DNA of 64,000 nucleotides from Candidatus Omnitrophota bacterium (GTDB taxonomy: Bacteria > Omnitrophota > Gorgyraeia > JAHIPI01): the NCBI GenBank assembly GCA_016783745.1, contig JADHVZ010000004.1:3544-67543 (forward strand), in the 5' to 3' direction. A program made the position numbers and the translations under genes. The stretch's first letter is position 1, and the number at the start of each line of letters is the position of its first letter. Shown here in pieces: positions 18,654 through 26,344 of this stretch. A model generated the notes under the pieces. It searched no databases and was not told the origin of the DNA. It worked only from the letters and a program-made list of their open reading frames with translations.

Positions 18654-19664
18654 ATGATGAATACCGCCCGAAATCACAAGATCTACGTTATCGCGGAAAT
18701 CGGCAGCAACCATAACGGCGATTTCGCCAAGGCCAGGGAGATGGTGTCTGCCGCGAAAGAAGCAGGCGCCGATGCCGTAAAATTCCAGACTTATATACCC
18801 GAAAAACTGTGCCACTCCTCTCAAGCACCGCTCCCCATCTTAAAAGATAGATATAAGAATCAGCAGGAACGGTTCCGAGAACTCACATTCACGGAACCGC
18901 AATACCGCGAACTGAAGGCCCTTGCCGATAAGCTGGGAATAGATTTTGCCTCCTCGCCTTTTGATATTGAGAGCGCGCTTATGCTGGAGCCCCTTGTGTC
19001 TTTTTACAAAATCGCCTCGGGAGATATAAACAATGTACAGCTTATAGATAGGGTCGCAAGGACGGGTAAGTCAGTTCTCATATCTACCGGCATGTCGACG
19101 CTTGAAGAGGTTGACAGGATCTATCAAAGTGTTGACCATAATAAACTGGCAATACTTCACTGTGTCTCGTTATATCCGGCGGACGGGGATAAGCTTAATT
19201 TGATGACCATACCCTTCCTAAAAGAGAGATATCCTGATATTGCGATCGGATATTCAGACCACCATCCGGGTATCGATGCCTGTTTATATGCGGCGGTTCT
19301 GGGGGCACAGATTATCGAGAAGCATTTTACGTTTGATAAGTCTATTTGCTACGGAGACCATGCGCTATCGGCAGATTACCGGGATATGCGCCGAATGGCG
19401 AGGGAGATAAAAGCGATTTCCGGGATGCTCGGCCAAAAAGATTTTCGTCACGGCGAAGAGGAATTACAAAACCGGCGTTTCTTCAGACGCGGATTGTACA
19501 CTGCCCGCGAATTGAATGCGGGCGAGAAGATTCGGCCAAGCGATATCGTGCCGCTCCGGCCGCCTGCTTCAATCAATATTTACGAGATTGAAAAAGTGAT
19601 AGGCATGACCGTGAAGCGCCCTTTAGAAAAAGAGACACCCATCTCATGGGAAGACCTGGAATAG
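18654..19664 (+). CDS. NeuB-family (non)ulosonic acid synthase, paralog 3, with SAF domain
   Basis: 'KIYVIAEIGSNHNGDFAKAREMVSAAKEAGADAVKFQTY...ISTGMSTLEEVDRIY...SDHHPG' plus a C-terminal SAF-like 'RGLYTARELNAGEKIRPSDIVPLRP'. Confidence 0.85.
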   Translation: MMNTARNHKIYVIAEIGSNHNGDFAKAREMVSAAKEAGADAVKFQTYIPEKLCHSSQAPLPILKDRYKNQQERFRELTFTEPQYRELKALADKLGIDFASSPFDIESALMLEPLVSFYKIASGDINNVQLIDRVARTGKSVLISTGMSTLEEVDRIYQSVDHNKLAILHCVSLYPADGDKLNLMTIPFLKERYPDIAIGYSDHHPGIDACLYAAVLGAQIIEKHFTFDKSICYGDHALSADYRDMRRMAREIKAISGMLGQKDFRHGEEELQNRRFFRRGLYTARELNAGEKIRPSDIVPLRPPASINIYEIEKVIGMTVKRPLEKETPISWEDLE

Positions 19665-19678
19665 ATTGTAAGTGATAT

Positions 19679-20953
19679 ATGATAATTTTTATCCTAAGAC
19701 GCTATAACGATATAGACCATATGGTGCCGGTTATCTATAAAACAGCAATGAATAAAGATGTGCCTATCGCGGCTTTGTGCATTGAGCCGACCTACGATAT
19801 CGCTTCCGACAGCCGTTTGAAATTCCTCAGAGAAAAGTGCGGGGTAAGGGTCGACTATATCTACAGGTTTTATCAGCCATCTTTGCTTCATAAGCTGGTT
19901 TCGCGGATGATCTGCGTAAGTGGCAAAAATTTATTTACTAAAATTTATCTCAGATTCTTCCAGAAATGGGTTTATGATGGGATCGCCAAGCCGTTTTTCT
20001 TTAACCGGAGATGGACAGAAGCGTTTTACAGGAATAAGGGGGTCACTATCGCCGTCTTCGATTACGCGAAGCTCCATCAATCTATTATCGGGGTTCTCAT
20101 GAAAGCCGCCCGGGCTTGTAACGTGCGGACTATTGCGATACCCCACGGCTTGAAAATATGGTCTAGTGAATCGATCAACGGTGATAGTGACAACACCATA
20201 AAGGGTTTTCACGAGCTGCTGCCATTCGATCATTTTATTTTAAGCAATAATCTATCAAAAGACATATATTATTACGAGGGCAAAGGAATGCCGGCTGAGA
20301 AAATGCGCGTTATAGGAAGCGCCAGATATTGCCCGGAGTGGAATAGGATGTGCCGGGAGATATACCCGGAATACAGGCAGCAACGGACTAAAAACGGAAA
20401 AAAACTCAAGGTTGTATATTTCGAGGGCGGAGATAGGTTTGTCCGCAGTAACGATATGATCATAAGAACTTTGAAGTCGATCAACAATTTGGAATTCGTG
20501 GATATGGTCGTGCAGCCGAGGACAAGGAGCGGCAGCCTGTCTTTTAATGAAATGAGAGGCTCTATGAACATTAATTCTGCCGTTCCGGCATACAGCCTTT
20601 GCAGATGGGCCGACGTTGTTATAGTGGGCATAACAAGCGTGTTCATGGAGGCCTTTTGCCAGGGCAAGACGGTGATTTTTCCGAAATATCTGCATACCAG
20701 GCCTACTATATTCGAAGAGAGGAAGGTAGGCTGGGTCATTGATAGCTATGATGAGCTTGAAAACGCCTTGAGGATTCTAAGGGGTAACCCGAGGTACAGG
20801 CCCTATTCCGAAGAAGATATGGAAAGTTTCTTTACTGAAATAGTCGAAGGCGGAGTAAGAAAACGCGATGTATTAAGCGGTTACAAGGATTTTATTTTAT
20901 CCTTAAACCGCCGGTATCCGGAGGAGAAAAAGATAGAATATGCCAGCGTCTAA
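19679..20953 (+). CDS. GT-B-fold protein of unknown specificity (TagF/PseG/KpsS-like C-terminal Rossmann motif), paralog 2 of candidate ulosonic-acid transferases or UDP-sugar hydrolases
   Basis: 424 aa. 'LKVVYFEGGDRFV...WADVVIVGITSVFMEAFCQGKTVIFPKY' resembles the GT-B C-terminal donor-binding loop. No stronger signature was seen. Confidence 0.35.
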   Translation: MIIFILRRYNDIDHMVPVIYKTAMNKDVPIAALCIEPTYDIASDSRLKFLREKCGVRVDYIYRFYQPSLLHKLVSRMICVSGKNLFTKIYLRFFQKWVYDGIAKPFFFNRRWTEAFYRNKGVTIAVFDYAKLHQSIIGVLMKAARACNVRTIAIPHGLKIWSSESINGDSDNTIKGFHELLPFDHFILSNNLSKDIYYYEGKGMPAEKMRVIGSARYCPEWNRMCREIYPEYRQQRTKNGKKLKVVYFEGGDRFVRSNDMIIRTLKSINNLEFVDMVVQPRTRSGSLSFNEMRGSMNINSAVPAYSLCRWADVVIVGITSVFMEAFCQGKTVIFPKYLHTRPTIFEERKVGWVIDSYDELENALRILRGNPRYRPYSEEDMESFFTEIVEGGVRKRDVLSGYKDFILSLNRRYPEEKKIEYASV

Positions 20954-22089
20954 AAAGAACAATAAATTGGTGAATGATCTGGAATTGCTCAAGATCATGT
21001 TGGGAGATATGCAGAATGCCCCGGGACTTTTCCAGCCCACAAGCTTCTGGAGATACCATGAAAGATATCATGTTCCGTGGCTTAAGAGTTCCGATTTGAA
21101 TAATTTCAGGAGCATAGCCGGCGGCGGAAACAGTAGTTTCGGAGCCAATTTTTACGGGCACTATCCCTTTGATCCTGTGACGATCGAAAAAATGCCTCAC
21201 TCCGTACGGGCGATGGGGAATATCATTAATAGGTTTTCGCGGCATATAAAGCCCCTCATGTTTTTTAACCCGGAGATCGTCTCTCTACTGTACCGCCGGC
21301 TGCGAAAGACACAGAAGATGCTTGAAAATCTTGCGTATTATTCTGCCGGATTGATCGACGGAGACGGGACCTTGGGCAGGATCGAAGATTCGGGATTGGG
21401 AAATCCGACCGATCTGATAATTATCGACGGGAAAAAATATACCAATGTGTTTTTAAAGTATTTTTCGCAATACGTTTACGCGAAGAAGTTTATCGATTTT
21501 AACGGCATAAAAAGCATTTTTGGAGATCGGCTCCGGATACGGCGGACAGGCAGAGATGTTATTAAAGGCACACCCGCATCTTAATATTTGCGTTATTGAT
21601 ATTCCTCCGCAGTTGTATGTTACCGAGCAATACCTAAGCGCCTGTTTCAAAGGACAAGTGTGCGGCTATAGAGCCTTGAGGGGGATGAATAAGATAGGGC
21701 GTGATATTTTTGATAAATACAGCATTGTAGCCCTGGCGCCGTGGCAGTTAGACTATATTGACGGTGTATCCTTCGATTTATTCTGGAATTCCGCGTCTTT
21801 TCAGGAGATGGAGCCCCCGGTAGTGGAAAATTACGCAAAATATATACAAAAGATGGTTTCAAAATGGCTTTATCTGCGAAACCAGCCGGATGGAAGTTCT
21901 ATAGTGGAGGGCCGGAAGAAAAACGTGGAGGCGCAAACCCGCATGGAGCACTATGTGAAGTTTTTCTCTGATTTTGAGCTTGTTGACCGAAGTCCTTCAA
22001 AAGTGATTCCTAATATTGCCTCAGGCGAAAGATATGACAACATGATTTTCAGGCGGAAGGCGCCTAAGGGCGGGGAGCGCGAAACATGA
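20940..22089 (+). CDS. putative sugar O-methyltransferase (class I SAM MTase) interrupted by an apparent +1 frameshift near 21511-21522
   Basis: ORF-track pieces 20940-21584 and 21520-22089 lie in adjacent frames. The second opens right after an in-frame TAA at 21508 and begins with MTase motif I 'FLEIGSGYGGQAEMLLKAHP'. The first encodes an N-terminal domain ('FQPTSFWRYHERYHVPW...NFYGHYPF') of the kind seen in sialic-acid-cluster O-methyltransferases. The junction sits in A5/T5 homopolymers (ggcataaaaagcatttttgg). Confidence 0.55.
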
Positions 22090-22583
22090 TCGATAAGGAT
22101 CAGTTAGTTTTAAGGTTGAAAAAAATCAAGCTTGTAGCCCTGGATGTGGATGGCGTGCTTACGGACGGGCGGGTTTATTTAGATGCCGACGGCCGGGAAA
22201 CACGGGCCTTTAATTTCAAGGATATCATGGGCATATCCCGCCTAAAAAAAAGAGGCGTCAAGGTAGCGTTAATATCGGGAGAAAAAAACGCTGTTATTGA
22301 CCGGTTCTGCCGGAAGCTCGGCATAGAAAAAAACTATCAGAACTGCAGGGAAAAGGATAAGGCTATTGATGAGCTCACGGATTATTACAAGCTGAAGCCA
22401 GAGGATATATGTTTCATAGGTGATGATATTAATGATATCCCCGTTTTTAAGAAGGTAGGCCTGGCCGTAGGCGTGTCCAACGGCTGGGAAGGTATAATGG
22501 GCAGCGCGCATATAGTTACGAAAAATAAAGGGGGAAACGGCGCTGTCAGGGAGATTTGCGAGTTAATCATAGCTAACATATGA
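22086..22583 (+). CDS. HAD-superfamily KdsC/YrbI-type phosphatase (3-deoxy-ulosonate 8/9-phosphate phosphatase)
   Basis: 'LVALDVDGVLTDGRVYLDADGRE...FIGDDINDIPVFKKVGLAVGVSNG' carries HAD motif I DxDGVLTDG and motif IV GDDxND at KdsC-like size (165 aa). Confidence 0.8.
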   Translation: MIDKDQLVLRLKKIKLVALDVDGVLTDGRVYLDADGRETRAFNFKDIMGISRLKKRGVKVALISGEKNAVIDRFCRKLGIEKNYQNCREKDKAIDELTDYYKLKPEDICFIGDDINDIPVFKKVGLAVGVSNGWEGIMGSAHIVTKNKGGNGAVREICELIIANI

Positions 22584-22593
22584 GGATCGCGTT

Positions 22594-23382
22594 ATGAAAG
22601 TTTTGTGTGTGATTCCTGCCCGCGGCGGCTCGAAGACTGTGCCAAAAAAGAACCTGGTGGAAATAGGCGGAAAATCGCTGCTTTATTACGCGGCGGAATG
22701 CGTGAAAAACTCGAAGGTTATTGAGCGGACAGTGCTTTCAACTGATTCCGGCGAGATAGCCGCGCAGGCCCGGTCTTTGGGGCTGGAAGTCCCGTTTATG
22801 CGGTCGGCGGAATTGGCCACGGACGAGACTACGGATTGGCCCGTTTTCAACCATTGCATGGAATGGCTGAAAGATAATGATAGATATGTTCCTGATATTG
22901 TTGTCCATTTGCGGGTGACTTCACCTTTTGCTTTTAAAATGCACGGTGGACCGACAGGCGATTTTTCACGTAATTGGATATGCGTCAAAAGAGAAGAGAT
23001 CATAGATGGGGTTGTAAATATGCTGGCTGAGAGGCCGGAACTAGATTCTGTGAGGACTGTAGAACTTGTCCGGAGTACGCCTTATAAAATGTGGCGTATG
23101 GAGGGAGGAGTAATAAAGCCTGTTATCCGGACAAGCGAAAAAGAGATCTATAATCAGCCCAGGCAAAAGATACCGCCGGCCTACCTCCAGAACGGGTATG
23201 TGGACGCGGCGCGTTATTCAACTATTATGCGAAAGAAATCAATGAACGGCGAAACAATAGGCGGCTACGTGCTCGATTGCGATTATTTTGTGGACATTGA
23301 CGGATATGCCGATATTGAACTGGGAGATCTGATCTACCGCCAGCTTATGGAGGAGGAGAGCGTAGATGAGTATAAAAGATAA
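22594..23382 (+). CDS. NeuA-like cytidylyltransferase, paralog 3
   Basis: 'VLCVIPARGGSKTVPKKNLVEIGGKSLLYYAAE'. Confidence 0.8.
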   Translation: MKVLCVIPARGGSKTVPKKNLVEIGGKSLLYYAAECVKNSKVIERTVLSTDSGEIAAQARSLGLEVPFMRSAELATDETTDWPVFNHCMEWLKDNDRYVPDIVVHLRVTSPFAFKMHGGPTGDFSRNWICVKREEIIDGVVNMLAERPELDSVRTVELVRSTPYKMWRMEGGVIKPVIRTSEKEIYNQPRQKIPPAYLQNGYVDAARYSTIMRKKSMNGETIGGYVLDCDYFVDIDGYADIELGDLIYRQLMEEESVDEYKR

Positions 23383-24193
23383 GTTTGATATAAAAGGCAG
23401 GGTCGCGGTTATAACGGGCGGCGCGGGGCTATTGGGCAAAGAATTCGCCAGGACATTGCTTGAGTACGGAGGAAAGGTCGTTATGGCGGATATCGCGCGC
23501 GATAGAGGCGCGGCCGCGCTTAAAGAGATCGGGCAAGGATCTAAAGGCGACATTGTCTATGAGTATGTCGATGTCAGCTCCAAAGATTCGGTTGAGAAGA
23601 TGGCGCAGTCCGTTAAAAAGCGTTTCGGAAAGGTGGACATATTGATCAATTGCGCGGCGCTCGATCCTAAATTCGAAGCCGGCGATATGGAAAAACACGG
23701 CTATGCATTCGAAGATTATCCGTTGGAGTCATGGGAAAGAGCGGTATCCGTCAATCTAACGGGCGCCTTTTTATGCTGTCAGGTGATCGGCCGGATCATG
23801 ATATCTCAGGAGAAAGGCGTTATTGTGAACGTCGCCTCTGAGATCGGTATGATCGCTCCTGACAATAGGATCTATATTAAAAAGGCGGAACCGGAAAAGA
23901 AAAGATTTAAACCGATCGACTATCCTGTCACAAAAGCGGCGCTTATACATCTTTCGAGGTATCTCGCGTCTTATTGGGGAGATAAGAATATTCGAGTCAA
24001 TACGCTGACACCGGCAACTGTTTATACAGATCAGGATGATGAGTTGGTGAAAAACATCTCTTACAGGGCGATCCTCGGCAGGATGTCCGATAAAAACGAA
24101 TTCTGCGGGGCGCTGATATTCTTGGTCTCTGACGCCTCAAGTTATATGACGGGCGCGAACCTCGTAGTGGACGGCGGCAGGACGGCTTGGTAG
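23366..24193 (+). CDS. short-chain dehydrogenase/reductase (classical SDR)
   Basis: 'VAVITGGAGLLGKEFARTLLEYGGKVVMAD' is TGxxxGxG; 'NCAALDP' and 'YPVTKAAL' give the YxxxK dyad. Confidence 0.8.
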   Translation: MSIKDKFDIKGRVAVITGGAGLLGKEFARTLLEYGGKVVMADIARDRGAAALKEIGQGSKGDIVYEYVDVSSKDSVEKMAQSVKKRFGKVDILINCAALDPKFEAGDMEKHGYAFEDYPLESWERAVSVNLTGAFLCCQVIGRIMISQEKGVIVNVASEIGMIAPDNRIYIKKAEPEKKRFKPIDYPVTKAALIHLSRYLASYWGDKNIRVNTLTPATVYTDQDDELVKNISYRAILGRMSDKNEFCGALIFLVSDASSYMTGANLVVDGGRTAW

Positions 24194-24219
24194 GGATTAC
24201 GTAGGGAAATGCCGGGTTA

Positions 24220-24350
24220 GGTTTACGGTTTTCGGTTCACGGTTTACGGAAAATCCAATGGGATTTAAAAAACCGTACACCGTAAACCGTACACCGTAAA
24301 CCGTACACCGTAAACCGTACACCGTAAACCGTACACCGTAAACCGTAAGT
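24220..24350. repeat. heptad-periodic repeat block: 30-bp element GGTTTACGGTTTTCGGTTCACGGTTTACGG (24220-24249), small hairpin AAATCCaatgGGATTT (24252-24267), then 14-bp tandem repeat CCGTACACCGTAAA x about 5.5 (24272-24350)
   Basis: Read directly from the sequence. The 30-mer is the reverse complement of the tandem-repeat consensus (CCGTAAACC...), so the two can pair. It ends 12 nt before ATG 24363. Confidence 0.85.
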
Positions 24351-24362
24351 GAGATATTCAAA

Positions 24363-25286
24363 ATGAACAACATAACAATCGGCATCATGCAGGGTCGGCT
24401 GATGCCTCCGGTCAACGGTCAGCTGCAGGCATTTCCGGGAAAGGGGTGGGAGAAGGAATTTTCCCGGGCCGGCCTGTGCGGGTTGGACACGATCGAATTC
24501 ATTTTTGACACGGATGAAGAATATAATCCGCTTCACGATGACGAAAAAATCGAACGGATCCGGGAATTATCGAGGGATCATAGGATCAAGGTATCCTCCG
24601 TATGCGCCGATTACTTTATGAGGAGAGGCTTCCTGCGGGTGGCTGACGAGGAGCGTAAGAAAAATGTGGAAATGCTCCGGAAGCTGACTTTAAGATGCGA
24701 TAAAATCGGTATCCGGTATATCGTAATACCGTTTGTGGATGAATCCGAAATAAAAACGGCTGAAGAGCTGTATATAGTACGGGACGCATTGATCGAAGCG
24801 CTTGACGGCACAAAAGGGTGCGATGTCTATTATGCGCTTGAGATGTCGCTTCCGGCCGAGAGAATCGTCCCGTTTCTGAAGGAGGCCGGCCACCCTCGGT
24901 TGAAGATCAATTATGATACGGGAAACTCAACGGCCCTCGGTTATGATCTAGCCTCCGAAATAGAGCAGCTGGCTCCGTGGATCGTGGATGTGCATATTAA
25001 GGACAGGAAGGTGGGCGGAGGAAGTTGTATCCTCGGAGAAGGCGATACTGACTTTGACGGTGCGTTTAGGGCGTTGGCCGGGATCGGCTTCCGCGGCCCG
25101 TATATCATCCAGGCGCAGCGCACCGGAAACGAGGCCAAACTCGCAAAGCGCTATCTGGGGTTCGTGAAAAATATGATCTCTCGCTCGCGCAGAGCATACA
25201 GCTCTCATTCTGTCTCCAAGGGGAGTTTCCCCTTAACCGTAAACCGTGAACCGAAAACCGATAACCGAAAACCGAGAACCGAATAA
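24363..25286 (+). CDS. sugar phosphate isomerase/epimerase (xylose-isomerase-like TIM barrel)
   Basis: 'GLDTIEFIFDTDEE...YIVIPFVDESE...DVHIKDRK' with metal-binding E/D/H spacing is typical of the AP-endonuclease-2/xylose-isomerase-like TIM-barrel family. The C-terminal 20 aa are encoded by the downstream heptad repeat. Confidence 0.6.
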   Translation: MNNITIGIMQGRLMPPVNGQLQAFPGKGWEKEFSRAGLCGLDTIEFIFDTDEEYNPLHDDEKIERIRELSRDHRIKVSSVCADYFMRRGFLRVADEERKKNVEMLRKLTLRCDKIGIRYIVIPFVDESEIKTAEELYIVRDALIEALDGTKGCDVYYALEMSLPAERIVPFLKEAGHPRLKINYDTGNSTALGYDLASEIEQLAPWIVDVHIKDRKVGGGSCILGEGDTDFDGAFRALAGIGFRGPYIIQAQRTGNEAKLAKRYLGFVKNMISRSRRAYSSHSVSKGSFPLTVNREPKTDNRKPRTE

Positions 25287-25288
25287 GG
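25220..25288. repeat. hairpin GGGGAgttTCCCC (25220-25232) followed by heptad repeat CCGTAAACCGTGAACCGAAAACCGATAACCGAAAACCGAGAACCGAA, an inverted copy of the 24220-24249 element
   Basis: 25238-25261 equals the reverse complement of 24226-24249 over 24/24 nt (28/30 over the full element). Confidence 0.8.
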
Positions 25289-25293
25289 ATAAT

Positions 25294-26331
25294 ATGAAGA
25301 TACTAATGGCAGGGCTGGGGTCTATCGGCCAGCGGCACCTGCGGAATATACTGTCTATTTTAGGGGAAGATGCTGAGATAAGCGCATACAGGGTCCGTAA
25401 GGGGCAGGAGGTGTTTACCGATAAGCTGTCAGTTTTAAAAGGCGCCCGGCTGGAGGAAGAATATAAATTCAGGTCTTTTGATTCTCTGGACGAGGCGCTT
25501 GCCGGTTCTCCTGAAGCGGTGTTTATTTGCAATCCGACCAGTATGCATATACCGGTCGCGCTGGCCGCCGCGAAAAAGGGCTGCCACCTCTTTATCGAAA
25601 AACCGCTTTCGCATGATCTCGAGGGAATTGAAGAGCTTGAGTCTATTGTCAGGGAGAAGGGCCTGACGGCGCTGGTGGGTTTCCAGCTGCGTTTCCACCC
25701 GTGCTATTTGAAATTAAAAGAGCTGATAGCGGAGGAAAGGGCCGGCAATATTTTATCGGCCTTCATAGAGGTAGGCGAATTTCTCCCCGCATGGCATAAA
25801 TGGGAGGACTACCGAAGGATGTATGCCTCACGAAAAGACCTGGGCGGAGGCGTTGTACTGACTCAGATACACGAAATCGACTACGCGATGGACATTTTCG
25901 GAGCGCCGCAGCGCATATGCGCTGCCGGCGGACATTTGAGCTCCCTCGATATCGACGTCGAAGATACCGTTGACGCGCTCATGGAATTTTCGCACAAAGG
26001 GAGGAGGCTGCCGGTCAGTTTTCATATGGATTATCTGCAGAGGCCCCCAAGGCGGGGATGCAGGATAATCGGGGAAGACGCGATTATCGCAATGGATTTG
26101 GTTGCGCAGAATGTAGTTATAATCAATAGTGACGGCAAAGAGGAGAGGTTCGAATACGGTGACTTTTCGAGAAATCAGCTATTTATAGATGAAATAAAAC
26201 ATTTCTTCGCATGTATCCGGGCCGAGGAGAAGCCGCTGGTCGACATATCAACGGCGCTTCAAGGGATGAAGACAGCCATGGCCGTCAAGGAATCGATGAA
26301 TAAGAGAAAAAAGGTATTATTGAAATTTTAA
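25294..26331 (+). CDS. Gfo/Idh/MocA-family NAD(P)-dependent sugar oxidoreductase (start reassigned to ATG 25294; the ORF-track N-terminus is translation of the heptad repeat)
   Basis: 'MKILMAGLGSIGQRHLRN' N-terminal Rossmann, then '...CHLFIEKPLSHDLEGIEEL', the EKP motif of the Gfo/Idh/MocA family. Confidence 0.75.
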   Translation: MKILMAGLGSIGQRHLRNILSILGEDAEISAYRVRKGQEVFTDKLSVLKGARLEEEYKFRSFDSLDEALAGSPEAVFICNPTSMHIPVALAAAKKGCHLFIEKPLSHDLEGIEELESIVREKGLTALVGFQLRFHPCYLKLKELIAEERAGNILSAFIEVGEFLPAWHKWEDYRRMYASRKDLGGGVVLTQIHEIDYAMDIFGAPQRICAAGGHLSSLDIDVEDTVDALMEFSHKGRRLPVSFHMDYLQRPPRRGCRIIGEDAIIAMDLVAQNVVIINSDGKEERFEYGDFSRNQLFIDEIKHFFACIRAEEKPLVDISTALQGMKTAMAVKESMNKRKKVLLKF

Positions 26332-26344
26332 AAAAGGAGGCATT

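Noticed and set aside
24272-24350. Tandem 14-bp repeat considered as a CRISPR array
   Set aside because: Units are contiguous with no spacers, the unit length is far below CRISPR repeats, and there are no cas genes.
24197-24536. Minus-strand ORFs 24197-24415 and 24237-24536 with reiterated 'YGVRFTVYGLRCTVYG'
   Set aside because: The peptide repeat is simply the translation of the 14-bp tandem DNA repeat, so it is not a gene.
25246-25293. ORF-track N-terminus 'MNRKPITENREPNKDN' of the Gfo/Idh/MocA gene
   Set aside because: It is encoded by the CCGNNAA heptad repeat. The canonical Rossmann N-terminus begins at ATG 25294 (MKILMAGLGSIGQ), which is the more plausible start.
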